Assembly: GCA_051531975.1 (NCBI GenBank) | Contig: JAOPTT010000006.1 | Span: 384,656-448,655, forward strand | Reading direction: 5' to 3' | Source: Spirochaetaceae bacterium | Lineage (GTDB): Bacteria > Spirochaetota > Spirochaetia > DSM-2461 | Length of the DNA stretch: 64,000 bases | Part shown: positions 1 through 9,224 of the stretch, one piece after another | Layout of the letters: each line of letters begins with the position of its first letter | How positions within the stretch are numbered: the stretch's first letter is position 1 | Translations under genes and position numbers: made by a program | Notes under the pieces: generated by a model | What the model was told of the DNA's origin: nothing | Databases searched by the model: none | The model's input: only the letters and a program-made list of their open reading frames with translations

Positions 1-2
1 CT

Positions 3-647
3 GGTGCTGGTAAATCAACATATTTACGATCTTTAATACACCTAGAAGAGATTACTAGTGGTAAAATATTTATTGAAGATGAACTTTTTTTAGATAGAAA
101 ACATAATAAAACTATACATAGAGCCCCACAAGATCAGCAAAAAGCTATGCTTCTTGAAATGGGTATGGTGTTTCAATCTTTTAACCTATTTCCTCATAAA
201 ACGGTTCTTCAAAATGTTATTATGGCTCCACAGCTTATTCGTAAAAAATCACGTTTAGAAGCTGAGGCAGCTGGTAGTAAACTTATAGAGCGTGTTGGAT
301 TATCTGATAAGCTTGATGTTTATCCTAGTAAATTATCTGGAGGTCAAAAGCAACGTGTAGCAATTGCCCGTGCTCTAGCTATGGAACCTGAGATTATGTT
401 ATTTGATGAACCAACTAGTGCACTTGATCCTGAACTTGTAGGTGAAGTTTTACTAGTAATGAAAGATTTAGCTAAACAAGGTATGACTATGATCTGTGTA
501 ACCCATGAAATGGGATTTGCAAGAGAAGTAGCTGATCGTGTTGTATTTATGTCGGATGGAATGATTTTAGAAGAAGCAAGTCCAACTGTATTATTTGAAA
601 ACCCCAAACATGAAAAGACAAAAAACTTTCTTAAAAATGTGTTATAA
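3..647 (+). CDS. Polar amino-acid ABC transporter ATP-binding protein (5' end outside window)
   Basis: Frame is open from position 3 (GAGKST Walker A); [15 protein letters not shown] signature, [12 protein letters not shown]alker B/D-loop, VTHEMGFA switch (GlnQ-type). Confidence 0.95.
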   Translation, partial: GAGKSTYLRSLIHLEEITSGKIFIEDELFLDRKHNKTIHRAPQDQQKAMLLEMGMVFQSFNLFPHKTVLQNVIMAPQLIRKKSRLEAEAAGSKLIERVGLSDKLDVYPSKLSGGQKQRVAIARALAMEPEIMLFDEPTSALDPELVGEVLLVMKDLAKQGMTMICVTHEMGFAREVADRVVFMSDGMILEEASPTVLFENPKHEKTKNFLKNVL

Positions 648-652
648 AATTA

Positions 653-693
653 ATTGTACATCAGACTTTAGAATTGTTTAACTGATGTACAAT
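653..693. terminator. Hairpin between convergent genes
   Basis: attgtacatcag (653-664) and ctgatgtacaat (682-693) form a perfect 12-bp inverted repeat between two converging stop codons. Confidence 0.55.
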
Positions 694-724
694 AATTTGG
701 ATGAAACAATTATTCAATATGACT

Positions 725-1546
725 CTAATTGATAAGTCTCTTTAATGAATCACTAGAAATTACTCCTGAGATTTTATTAAAATACCATTTGTTTTTTACC
801 TTAGTAATTATAATTGTTGATGGAATTGTTTCTACTTCAAAATATTCTGATAGCAAATTTTTATTATCTAGATAGATTGGGAAATTTATATTGTATGAAT
901 CTATAAATCCCTTTATATCAGCTTTTTCTGTATTTATTAAGTTAACTCCATAAAAATTTACATTTTTACCTTCCTCAGCATAAAAGCTTATCAAGTCTGG
1001 TATTTCAGCTTTACATGGAGGGCACCATGTAGCCCAAAAGTTTATGATAATTGGTTTACTTTCATCAAAATTTACGGAGGTAATTTCATTCTTCATATTT
1101 AGTATTGTTAATTCGCTGACTTCTAGTCTGTTTTTATCAGAAATTGAAGAGGGTTCAATATTATTAAAAATAATCAATATTGTAATAAAAAGAACAACAA
1201 CAATACTAGCAAATGAAATCAATTTTATATCTTCTCTATTCTTTAGAACTAATATGGTAAGATAAATAAGAGCACCTATGATTCCAGCAATCTCACCATA
1301 AATACCACCACTCATAAAAAGAAATGATGAGGGATCATCTATTATTGTTTTAAAATTAGAAATTATAGGAGTTAGTTTCCAAATTATAAATGTTAGAAAG
1401 ATAATATTTGATATTTTATTAATTATAAAACTTCTCTCTTTTTTATCTTTTAAATAAAATTGTAAAAAAATAACAGTTAGTAAAAAGGGTAATAAACTTG
1501 AAAAGAGAATTATAGGAACGTTTAGCCTTCCCAACGAAATAACCAT
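725..1546 (-). CDS. Membrane-anchored TlpA/ResA-like thiol-disulfide oxidoreductase
   Basis: Several N-terminal hydrophobic helices; C-terminal thioredoxin fold with INFWATWCPPCKAEIP and TIPST cis-Pro loop. Confidence 0.85.
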   Translation of the reverse strand: MVISLGRLNVPIILFSSLLPFLLTVIFLQFYLKDKKERSFIINKISNIIFLTFIIWKLTPIISNFKTIIDDPSSFLFMSGGIYGEIAGIIGALIYLTILVLKNREDIKLISFASIVVVLFITILIIFNNIEPSSISDKNRLEVSELTILNMKNEITSVNFDESKPIIINFWATWCPPCKAEIPDLISFYAEEGKNVNFYGVNLINTEKADIKGFIDSYNINFPIYLDNKNLLSEYFEVETIPSTIIITKVKNKWYFNKISGVISSDSLKRLIN

Positions 1547-1643
1547 ATTTTATTGCCTCTTTCTACATTATACATAATTTAATGTCCTCAAACTATGGTA
1601 AATATAATTAATTGTATTACAATTACCTCATAAGGGGATATCA

Positions 1644-2666
1644 ATGAAAGCTTTAGTAAAAAAAAGTCCTGGCGTAGGAATAAGTTTAGAAAATGTACCT
1701 ATACCAGAAATAGGTATTAATGATGTTCTAATTAAAATTTTGAAAACATCGATTTGTGGTACAGATGTTCATATATATAATTGGGATAGTTGGGCACAAA
1801 AAACTATTAAAACTCCTATGGTAATAGGTCATGAATTTGTTGGATCAATCGAAAAAATTGGTAGTAATGTTCATGATGTTCAAATTGGAGAGATAGTTAG
1901 TGGCGAAGGTCATGTTGTTTGTGGTGTATGTCGAAACTGTCGAGCTGGTAGAAGACATCTATGTAACTCTCCAAAAGGTATAGGAGTAAATAGAAATGGT
2001 GCATTTGCCGAGTATCTTGCAATACCAGTCTCTAATATATGGCATTGTAATCCAAAAATTGATATAGAGCTATTTAGTTGTTTTGACCCTTTAGGAAATG
2101 CAACCCACGCAGCTCTGTCATTTGATTTAGTTGGAGAAGATGTTCTAATAACTGGAGCTGGACCTATTGGACTAATGGCTATTGGAATTGCAAAAAAAAT
2201 AGGTGCTAGACATGTTGTCATATCAGATGTTAATCCATATAGATTAGAATTAGCAAAGAAGATGGGTGCTTCAGCTACAATTGATGTTAGAACACAGAGT
2301 ATTGAAGATGTAAAAAAAGAGTTAGGTATTCATGAAGGTTTTGATGTTGGTTTGGAAATGTCAGGCTCCCCTATTGCCTTTAAAGACATGATTAAGAATA
2401 TGTGTCATGGTGGTAAAGTTTCCATGCTTGGAATATTACCAGAAACAGCTATAGATTTTGAACAAGTAATATTTAACGGTTTAACTTTAAAAGGTATTTA
2501 TGGTAGAGAAATGTTTGAAACCTGGTATAAAATGTCTATGCTTATTGAAGGAGGGCTAGATATTAGTCCTATTATTACACATAGATTTCATTATACAGAT
2601 TATCAAAAAGGTTTTGATGTAATGAGATCTGGAAATTCTGGGAAAGTTATATTAGATTGGACATAA
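1644..2666 (+). CDS. tdh: L-threonine 3-dehydrogenase
   Basis: Zn-dependent MDR motifs [34 protein letters not shown]; adjacent to kbl. Confidence 0.97.
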   Translation: MKALVKKSPGVGISLENVPIPEIGINDVLIKILKTSICGTDVHIYNWDSWAQKTIKTPMVIGHEFVGSIEKIGSNVHDVQIGEIVSGEGHVVCGVCRNCRAGRRHLCNSPKGIGVNRNGAFAEYLAIPVSNIWHCNPKIDIELFSCFDPLGNATHAALSFDLVGEDVLITGAGPIGLMAIGIAKKIGARHVVISDVNPYRLELAKKMGASATIDVRTQSIEDVKKELGIHEGFDVGLEMSGSPIAFKDMIKNMCHGGKVSMLGILPETAIDFEQVIFNGLTLKGIYGREMFETWYKMSMLIEGGLDISPIITHRFHYTDYQKGFDVMRSGNSGKVILDWT

Positions 2667-2678
2667 GGAGTTTATTAA

Positions 2679-3863
2679 ATGTATAAAGATATAAAAAAAT
2701 ATATTGAAAATGAAATAAAAGAAATTAAATTAAATGGCATGTATAAAGATGAAAGAGTTTTAGCAAGTCCACAAGACGCTAATATAGTATTAGAAAATGG
2801 GAATAAAGTATTAAACTTTTGTTCAAATAATTATTTGGGTCTAGCTAATCATCCAGAAATAATTAAAGCAGCTAAGGATAGTTACGACTTGTCAGGATAT
2901 GGATTATCGTCTGTTCGATTTATTTGCGGTACACAGAAAGAGCATAAAATTTTAGAATCTAAAATATCAAACTTCCTAGAAACAGAAGATACTATACTGT
3001 ATAGCTCGTGTTTTGATGCAAATACAGGACTGTTTGAAACTTTATTATCTGCCCAAGATGCAATAATTAGTGATAGCTTAAATCATGCTAGTATTATAGA
3101 TGGCGTTAGGTTATGTAAGGCAAAACGATTTAGATATAAAAATTCAGATATGGCTGATCTTGAAAAAAAACTTATTGAGAGTCAAGATTGTAGGTTTAGA
3201 ATGATAGCTACCGATGGAGTTTTTTCAATGGATGGTTATATTGCTAGAGTAGATCAGATTTGTGATTTAGCAGAAAAATATGATGCTATAGTTATGGTTG
3301 ATGATTCCCACTCAGTTGGAGTTTTAGGTGATAGAGGCCGAGGAACTGCTGAATACTGGGGTGTTATGGATAGAGTGGATATTGTTACAGGAACGCTTGG
3401 TAAAGCTCTTGGTGGTGCTAGTGGTGGATATACTAGTGGACGCAAGGAAGTGATCGAGTTATTAAGACAAAGATCTAGACCTTATCTGTTTTCTAATAGT
3501 TTAGCTCCTGCAATAGTAAATACTTCTATAAAAGTATTTGATATATTATCAAAAACAACAAAGTACCACGATAAGCTTATGGAAAATTGTAGATATTTCA
3601 GGAAAGGTATTTCACAAATTGGTTTAAATGTTCTTTATGGAGAACACCCTATAATTCCAGTTATGTTAGGGGATGCAATTATAGCAAAAAGATTTTCTGA
3701 AGAATTATTAACTCGAGGTATATATGTTATAGGATTTAGTTATCCTGTAGTGCCAAAAGGTGAAGCTCGAATTAGAGTTCAAATTTCAGCAACACATAAC
3801 ATCGAGGATTTAGATTATACATTAAGTATGTTTAAAGAAGTTAAAGAGCTTTTAGAACTTTAA
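2679..3863 (+). CDS. kbl: Glycine C-acetyltransferase (2-amino-3-ketobutyrate CoA ligase)
   Basis: [40 protein letters not shown] (PLP lysine), [11 protein letters not shown]; in an operon with tdh. Confidence 0.97.
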   Translation: MYKDIKKYIENEIKEIKLNGMYKDERVLASPQDANIVLENGNKVLNFCSNNYLGLANHPEIIKAAKDSYDLSGYGLSSVRFICGTQKEHKILESKISNFLETEDTILYSSCFDANTGLFETLLSAQDAIISDSLNHASIIDGVRLCKAKRFRYKNSDMADLEKKLIESQDCRFRMIATDGVFSMDGYIARVDQICDLAEKYDAIVMVDDSHSVGVLGDRGRGTAEYWGVMDRVDIVTGTLGKALGGASGGYTSGRKEVIELLRQRSRPYLFSNSLAPAIVNTSIKVFDILSKTTKYHDKLMENCRYFRKGISQIGLNVLYGEHPIIPVMLGDAIIAKRFSEELLTRGIYVIGFSYPVVPKGEARIRVQISATHNIEDLDYTLSMFKEVKELLEL

Positions 3864-3948
3864 TTAAACCAATATATTTATCAAGGATTATGCCATGAAG
3901 ATTTGATTCAGAGATTCTAACCTTCACGGCATCATTATATTTATAAAA

Positions 3949-3975
3949 AAAGCCTTCAGAATATCTGAAGGCTTT
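3949..3975. terminator. Bidirectional intrinsic terminator
   Basis: aaagccttcaga-ata-tctgaaggcttt perfect stem with A/T tails, between convergent kbl and the 3994-4503 gene. Confidence 0.85.
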
Positions 3976-3993
3976 ATATGTTATTTAATGTGT

Positions 3994-4503
3994 TTATTTA
4001 ACTGATTTTTTACCGTTAAAAGTTGCAGTCTCATGCATAGTAAAAGAATCCATCATTTCTTGAGTTTTAAAGTAAATATCACCATCAACAGTAGATGATT
4101 TATCTAATTTAAATCCCATAGCTTCAACATAAACATCACCCTTAAAAGTTCCACCTGTGATTCTAAAGTTCTCACTTCGAACAATCATTTTAGGTGCAGT
4201 AAGTGTAAACTGAGCAGTTATTTTATGATCCTCATCTTGAGCATATAAAGCAAGTTTTCGATCAATTTTTTCTTTGTGAACAAACTCACCTTCAACAACA
4301 AAGTCTTTAGAAACTTCTACATCTTTAAGTGTAGCAGCTAACCAGAAACCTTTATCTGACATAGCTTTTGCTAATGATTTTCCGTTATTAACAATAGATG
4401 CTGTTGTTAAAGCATCTGTCTCGTTTTGACCATTAGCAAAAAGGCTAGAAACACAAGTAAGCATTGCAATTAATAATAATAATTGCTTTAAATTTTTTTT
4501 CAT
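3994..4503 (-). CDS. Exported protein with a flavinylation-like DALTTAS motif, downstream of the ndh2/apbE locus
   Basis: Signal peptide ending LFANGQNE, then TDALTTASIV; C-terminal GDVYV/GDIYF beta-helix-like repeats; GGAG RBS. Confidence 0.6.
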   Translation of the reverse strand: MKKNLKQLLLLIAMLTCVSSLFANGQNETDALTTASIVNNGKSLAKAMSDKGFWLAATLKDVEVSKDFVVEGEFVHKEKIDRKLALYAQDEDHKITAQFTLTAPKMIVRSENFRITGGTFKGDVYVEAMGFKLDKSSTVDGDIYFKTQEMMDSFTMHETATFNGKKSVK

Positions 4504-4684
4504 AAATTATTCTCCTTTATTAATGAAAACTAAATACATTATAATATATAATTATATAAAAACAAATATAAAAATAATAATTCCTACTAATTTTATGTGA
4601 TAAGTAGTTACATAGTAAAACTAATGACGCATTAAATAGTTAATAAAACAAAATTTCATTCAGATAAAGCATATGTTTATCATT

Positions 4685-5662
4685 TTAATAAAGTCTTTCT
4701 AATAACTTTGGAACAATATCAAGTAGTTCTCTTTTAGCACTACTTTCTGGTAACCGATTAATAACAGTTATTGATCGGTTATTATATCTTATAGCTAATG
4801 TTCTAGTTTTATCTATAGCACCACTTTTTTTAATTAACTCAATAATATTATTAACATTATCTTTAGTAATACCTTTTTTGAAAAGATCATTAATTTCTTG
4901 TTTATATTTAGAATCATCTCTTAATGCAAATATTACAGGCATACTGTAATAGCCTCTTAATAAATCAGATTTCAAATTCTTTCCTACAGTAATTTCATCA
5001 CCAGTAAAGTCTAATAAATCATCCACAATTTGAAATGACATACCTAATTGATAACCTGCATGTGCTAATCGCTTAATTGTTTTTTTATTAGACTTAGTTA
5101 TATATGCTCCAGCACTTAAAGCAATTGCAAATAGTGCTGCAGTTTTACCAGAAACAATTCTAAGATACCCCATAGGAGTTATATTTGTATCATATTTATG
5201 ACTATACTGAGATATTTCACCTAAACAAATTCTACTCACTACTTTAGCCAATGCTACAGCTAAATCCTTAGGAATTTGAAGCTCTGTTAAAAGTAAAAAA
5301 CATTTGCTTAAAAGATAATCACCCATATATATAGCATAATCTTTTGAATATTTAGATTGTATCGACTCTTGACCTCTACGTTTATCTGCATCATCAATTA
5401 CATCATCATGTAATAATGTTGCAACGTGTAGAGTCTCTAGAGCCGTTGCTAGTTCAATTAAATCAGAGCTTTTATCTTTTTCTTTACCAAAATGGCTACC
5501 TATTAGAAGCATAGCAGGTCTTAACATTTTACCACTGCTTAATAATAGATAATCTAAAGAACCGTTAAGGTAATTATTACCAGATTTTAGATTATTAGCC
5601 ATATTGGTTTTAACTTCTTTTAATTGGTTTTGAATAAGTTCATTTGTAAACCATTTAGACAT
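4685..5662 (-). CDS. Polyprenyl (heptaprenyl-type) diphosphate synthase, DmkB-like
   Basis: GKMLRP, LLHDDVIDDADKRRG (FARM), GKTAALF, FQIVDDLLD (SARM); start moved to the ATG at 5662, which has a GGTGG RBS. Confidence 0.92.
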   Translation of the reverse strand: MSKWFTNELIQNQLKEVKTNMANNLKSGNNYLNGSLDYLLLSSGKMLRPAMLLIGSHFGKEKDKSSDLIELATALETLHVATLLHDDVIDDADKRRGQESIQSKYSKDYAIYMGDYLLSKCFLLLTELQIPKDLAVALAKVVSRICLGEISQYSHKYDTNITPMGYLRIVSGKTAALFAIALSAGAYITKSNKKTIKRLAHAGYQLGMSFQIVDDLLDFTGDEITVGKNLKSDLLRGYYSMPVIFALRDDSKYKQEINDLFKKGITKDNVNNIIELIKKSGAIDKTRTLAIRYNNRSITVINRLPESSAKRELLDIVPKLLERLY

Positions 5663-5678
5663 TTCACCACCATTTTTA

Positions 5679-7514
5679 TCAGTCAGTATATAGATACCAC
5701 TTTTTAACAAATTTTAATTTTCTCCATCTTTTACTTAAGAATGGTAGTACATAATAATCTAAACCAAATGTTGATCCACTTCCGCCAATTGTTGCAATAC
5801 CAGCAGCTATAAACCATAACATTTCTGGAGGTGCCATTCCTGAAACCCAAATCATTCCACCCATGATTACAGAACCTATTGATGCTACAGCAGAAAATAG
5901 ACCACCAAGTAGACATAGTCCAATTATCATTTCAGCAATTATCATAATTCCTTGGAAAATTGCGGCCAAAGCTGTAAATTCACCATTGTAATAATAAAAT
6001 ACAAGACCCATAGACCACTCTACAATCTCTGTAATAAAATATGGTACTGGAAGAGGTTCTGCCCAAACAACACCCTCTTCTAATAAAGATGCTCCTGCTG
6101 TTGCAAGCCTTGAAGGTAATAAAAATACATGACTAGGATCTTCTATCATTCTTAGAAATTTTTGCCAACCTTCTAAGAACCACATACCACCTAAAAACAT
6201 TCGAAGTGGAACTAACCAAAAGTTAGGAGATCGTTTTGCAAAATATCCACCTAAGAAACTTCTACGGTCTTCAACATGGAAAAACTCATGCATCCAGTAA
6301 GTCCATAATTTATGGAATCCTGCTACTTGCATAAAATATACAAAGTTTACAAAGTGTTTAACAAACATAGCAAGAAATCCAGAAAGTACATATTGGTGTT
6401 TTTTTGTATTTACTTGAGCAACACCATAACGACCACCTATACATACCATTGCACCATGGAATTCAGGTTTATATGATTTTAAGTCACCTTCATTAATTGT
6501 AGATATAATATTTTTTGATACCGTAGTTGCTGAATGTTCTGCATTTTCTACCATTTGAGGAACTGGACGTTCTTCTCCTTCAGGAATATAGAATACATTA
6601 TCTCCAACAATAAAAACGTCTTCTTTGCCTTTAGCTCTTAAAAATTCATCGGTTTGAACTCTATTTCGACCTAGTTTTTCAATATTTTTATCATCTATAG
6701 CGTTCATAATATCTGAACCTTCTACACCGGCAGCCCAAATTACTGTATTGGAATCAATTTTACCTGCTCCACTAATCTCAATATAGTCAGGTTCTACACC
6801 TTCTATTGTAGAGTTCAACATTATTTCAACTTTCATTTTTAATAATCTTTTAGTTGTTTTATCAATTAATCGATCATCAAAATTAGGTAATACTTTTGGT
6901 AATAAATCAGCTACAATTAATCTTACTTCTTTTTCTGGTATTGTAAATGTATGACATAGTCTCTCACGCCATTCAGCAAGTTCACCAATCATTTCGATTC
7001 CTGTAAAACCACAACCAATAACAACAAATGTTAAAAGTCTTTTACGAACAAATGGATCTGTTTCAACACTTGCTTTTCCAAAAACTTCCCACATATGATG
7101 TTTTATTTTTACAGCATCCTCATAGGACCATAATGTAAAAGCATTTTCTTCTGCACCTTTAGTACCATAAAATGTAGGTTTAGATCCTGTTCCTAAGACT
7201 AGATAGTCGTATTTAGTACATGTAACTTTTCCATCTAATACCTTTCTATCAAAATCAATAGAATGAATATCGTCTAATATAACGTCTACATTTCTACCAG
7301 CAAATACTTTGTCGAAATTTATTCGTACAGCATCTTCTGGTATTCTACCTGCAGCAACTTCGTGTAGTTCAGTTAACATTGTATGGTAATTATTTTTATC
7401 TATAAGAGTTATTTTTACTTTTTTAGGGTCCTTAAATTTCTTAGCTAATTTTTTTGCAGTAAGGATTCCACCATAACCACCACCAAGAACAACAATATGT
7501 TTTGCTTGATCCAT
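5679..7514 (-). CDS. Type II NADH dehydrogenase with a C-terminal DoxX-like membrane domain (EET-type Ndh2)
   Basis: Two Rossmann motifs (GGGYGG, GCGFTGIE); C-terminal ~190 aa of multi-pass membrane domain (PNFWLVPLRMFLGGMW...FGLDYYVLP). Confidence 0.9.
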   Translation of the reverse strand: MDQAKHIVVLGGGYGGILTAKKLAKKFKDPKKVKITLIDKNNYHTMLTELHEVAAGRIPEDAVRINFDKVFAGRNVDVILDDIHSIDFDRKVLDGKVTCTKYDYLVLGTGSKPTFYGTKGAEENAFTLWSYEDAVKIKHHMWEVFGKASVETDPFVRKRLLTFVVIGCGFTGIEMIGELAEWRERLCHTFTIPEKEVRLIVADLLPKVLPNFDDRLIDKTTKRLLKMKVEIMLNSTIEGVEPDYIEISGAGKIDSNTVIWAAGVEGSDIMNAIDDKNIEKLGRNRVQTDEFLRAKGKEDVFIVGDNVFYIPEGEERPVPQMVENAEHSATTVSKNIISTINEGDLKSYKPEFHGAMVCIGGRYGVAQVNTKKHQYVLSGFLAMFVKHFVNFVYFMQVAGFHKLWTYWMHEFFHVEDRRSFLGGYFAKRSPNFWLVPLRMFLGGMWFLEGWQKFLRMIEDPSHVFLLPSRLATAGASLLEEGVVWAEPLPVPYFITEIVEWSMGLVFYYYNGEFTALAAIFQGIMIIAEMIIGLCLLGGLFSAVASIGSVIMGGMIWVSGMAPPEMLWFIAAGIATIGGSGSTFGLDYYVLPFLSKRWRKLKFVKKWYLYTD

Positions 7515-7527
7515 TCTATAATCTCCT

Positions 7528-8535
7528 TTATTTTACATTAAGTTTAAATGACGAATCAGTTAACTTAAAATCATTTTTTATCTTTTCTGAAATATATATA
7601 TCTTTATTTTTTGTGACATATATTAATGATACTCCACCTATTTCTTCTGCTAACTTAAATCCCTTATCAATATCCATTGAAAAGAAAATAGTAGATAAAG
7701 CATCAGCATCCATACTTGATTTGGTTATTACAGATATAGAGGATATATCAGTAATAACTGGGTATCCAGTTTTAGTATCAAATATATGATGATATCTCTG
7801 ACCATCTAATTCAAAAAACCTTTCATAATCTCCACTTGAAACAACAGTACTATCTTTTAAACTTATTATTCCAATATAACTATTTCTTTCATCAAAGGGA
7901 TCCTGAATACCTACATTAAATGGTTTATTACCTTTTTTTTCTCCTAAAACTAATATGTTTCCACCAATATTAATTATGGCACTTGTTACACCATTAGATT
8001 CTAATAAAAGTTTTAATTGATCTGCTGCATAGCCTTTCGCAATACCACCTAAATCAAGAGACATTCCTAAAGGTATAAAAACTGTGTCTTTATCTAGTAT
8101 AATTTTTTTATAATCAATCATTGGTAAAACTTCATTTATTTGCTTTTGATCTGGAACCACTGTTCCACCTTTACCAATATTCCATAATTTCACTAATGGT
8201 TCAATTGATATATCAAAAATACCCTCAGATAATTCACCATAAAAAATACCTTTAGTTATAACATTCATGGTATCGGTAGATATTTGAACCTTTTTCACTC
8301 CTGCATTTATATTAATAAGAGATATATCACTACTTTCTATAGAAGTTGACATATTCTTTTCAAATTCATCTAATAACTCAAAACATTCTTTTAATAAATC
8401 TTTTGAGCCATGATCTTTTATACTAATAGATACCACTGTACCTAATACAAAATAACTTTCTTCATATGAATCATTTTTACTACAACTAGAAAAAAAAATT
8501 GCAATTATGAATAAATATATAATATTTTTTTTCAT
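7528..8535 (-). CDS. apbE: FAD:protein FMN transferase (ApbE/FmnB family lipoprotein)
   Basis: Lipobox FSSC; LDLGGIAKGYAAD, NIGGN, SSGDYER, YHHIFDTKTGYP, ADALST motifs. Confidence 0.95.
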   Translation of the reverse strand: MKKNIIYLFIIAIFFSSCSKNDSYEESYFVLGTVVSISIKDHGSKDLLKECFELLDEFEKNMSTSIESSDISLININAGVKKVQISTDTMNVITKGIFYGELSEGIFDISIEPLVKLWNIGKGGTVVPDQKQINEVLPMIDYKKIILDKDTVFIPLGMSLDLGGIAKGYAADQLKLLLESNGVTSAIINIGGNILVLGEKKGNKPFNVGIQDPFDERNSYIGIISLKDSTVVSSGDYERFFELDGQRYHHIFDTKTGYPVITDISSISVITKSSMDADALSTIFFSMDIDKGFKLAEEIGGVSLIYVTKNKDIYISEKIKNDFKLTDSSFKLNVK

Positions 8536-8757
8536 GCTTCATAATATACTTAATTATATTGGATGTCACTATTATAATCCTACAAATTGAGTCTGATATA
8601 AATAGAGATTTCATCTATCAATCTTTCTTTAATAAATTCATCAATTGATGATAATTTTTACTCTAATTACAATTTTTTATTACATTATTATTAACAAAGT
8701 AATTTGATCAAAAACTCTTGATTTATCATTCAGGGAAAAGTTATGTTATAAAAGCTT

Positions 8758-9213
8758 ATGAAAATATTTTTATTAACACACTTAAAAGAATTATCCAGAA
8801 AAACAGGAACAGGTAAAATTGCTAAATCAATATTAAATAATTCATGCAATATTATTTTATGGAAAAGAAAAGAACCACCTTCAGAAATAATAGATCTCGA
8901 TCCTAATAATACAGTACTTGTTTATCCAGGAGATGAGGATGAATGTGAAAATATCGAAAACATTACAAATTTCATATTACTTGATGGTACATGGCAGGAA
9001 TCAAATAAGATATATAATAAAAGCCCCTATTTAAAAAACTTTAAATCTATAAAATTAGATAGTTCAATCATTTCAGAATATGCTCTTCGACGGAACCAAA
9101 AAGGTTTTGGTCTTTGTACTATTGAATCAATAATTGAAATATATAAATTAAAAGAAGATCAAAAAGTAGTTTTAGAACTTAAAGAAGCCTTTTATACATT
9201 CAATAAAAACTAA
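8758..9213 (+). CDS. DTW-domain protein (tRNA aminocarboxypropyltransferase-like)
   Basis: LLTHxKE...TGTG, ILLDGTW, LRR...GLCTIE motifs. Confidence 0.85.
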   Translation: MKIFLLTHLKELSRKTGTGKIAKSILNNSCNIILWKRKEPPSEIIDLDPNNTVLVYPGDEDECENIENITNFILLDGTWQESNKIYNKSPYLKNFKSIKLDSSIISEYALRRNQKGFGLCTIESIIEIYKLKEDQKVVLELKEAFYTFNKN

Positions 9214-9224
9214 TAATTTTATGA

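Noticed and set aside
4595..4613. Rex/CRP-like box atgtga-taagtag-ttacat upstream of the 3994-4503 gene
   Set aside because: The spacer is 7 bp rather than 6 and one arm is imperfect; not distinguishable from AT-rich background.
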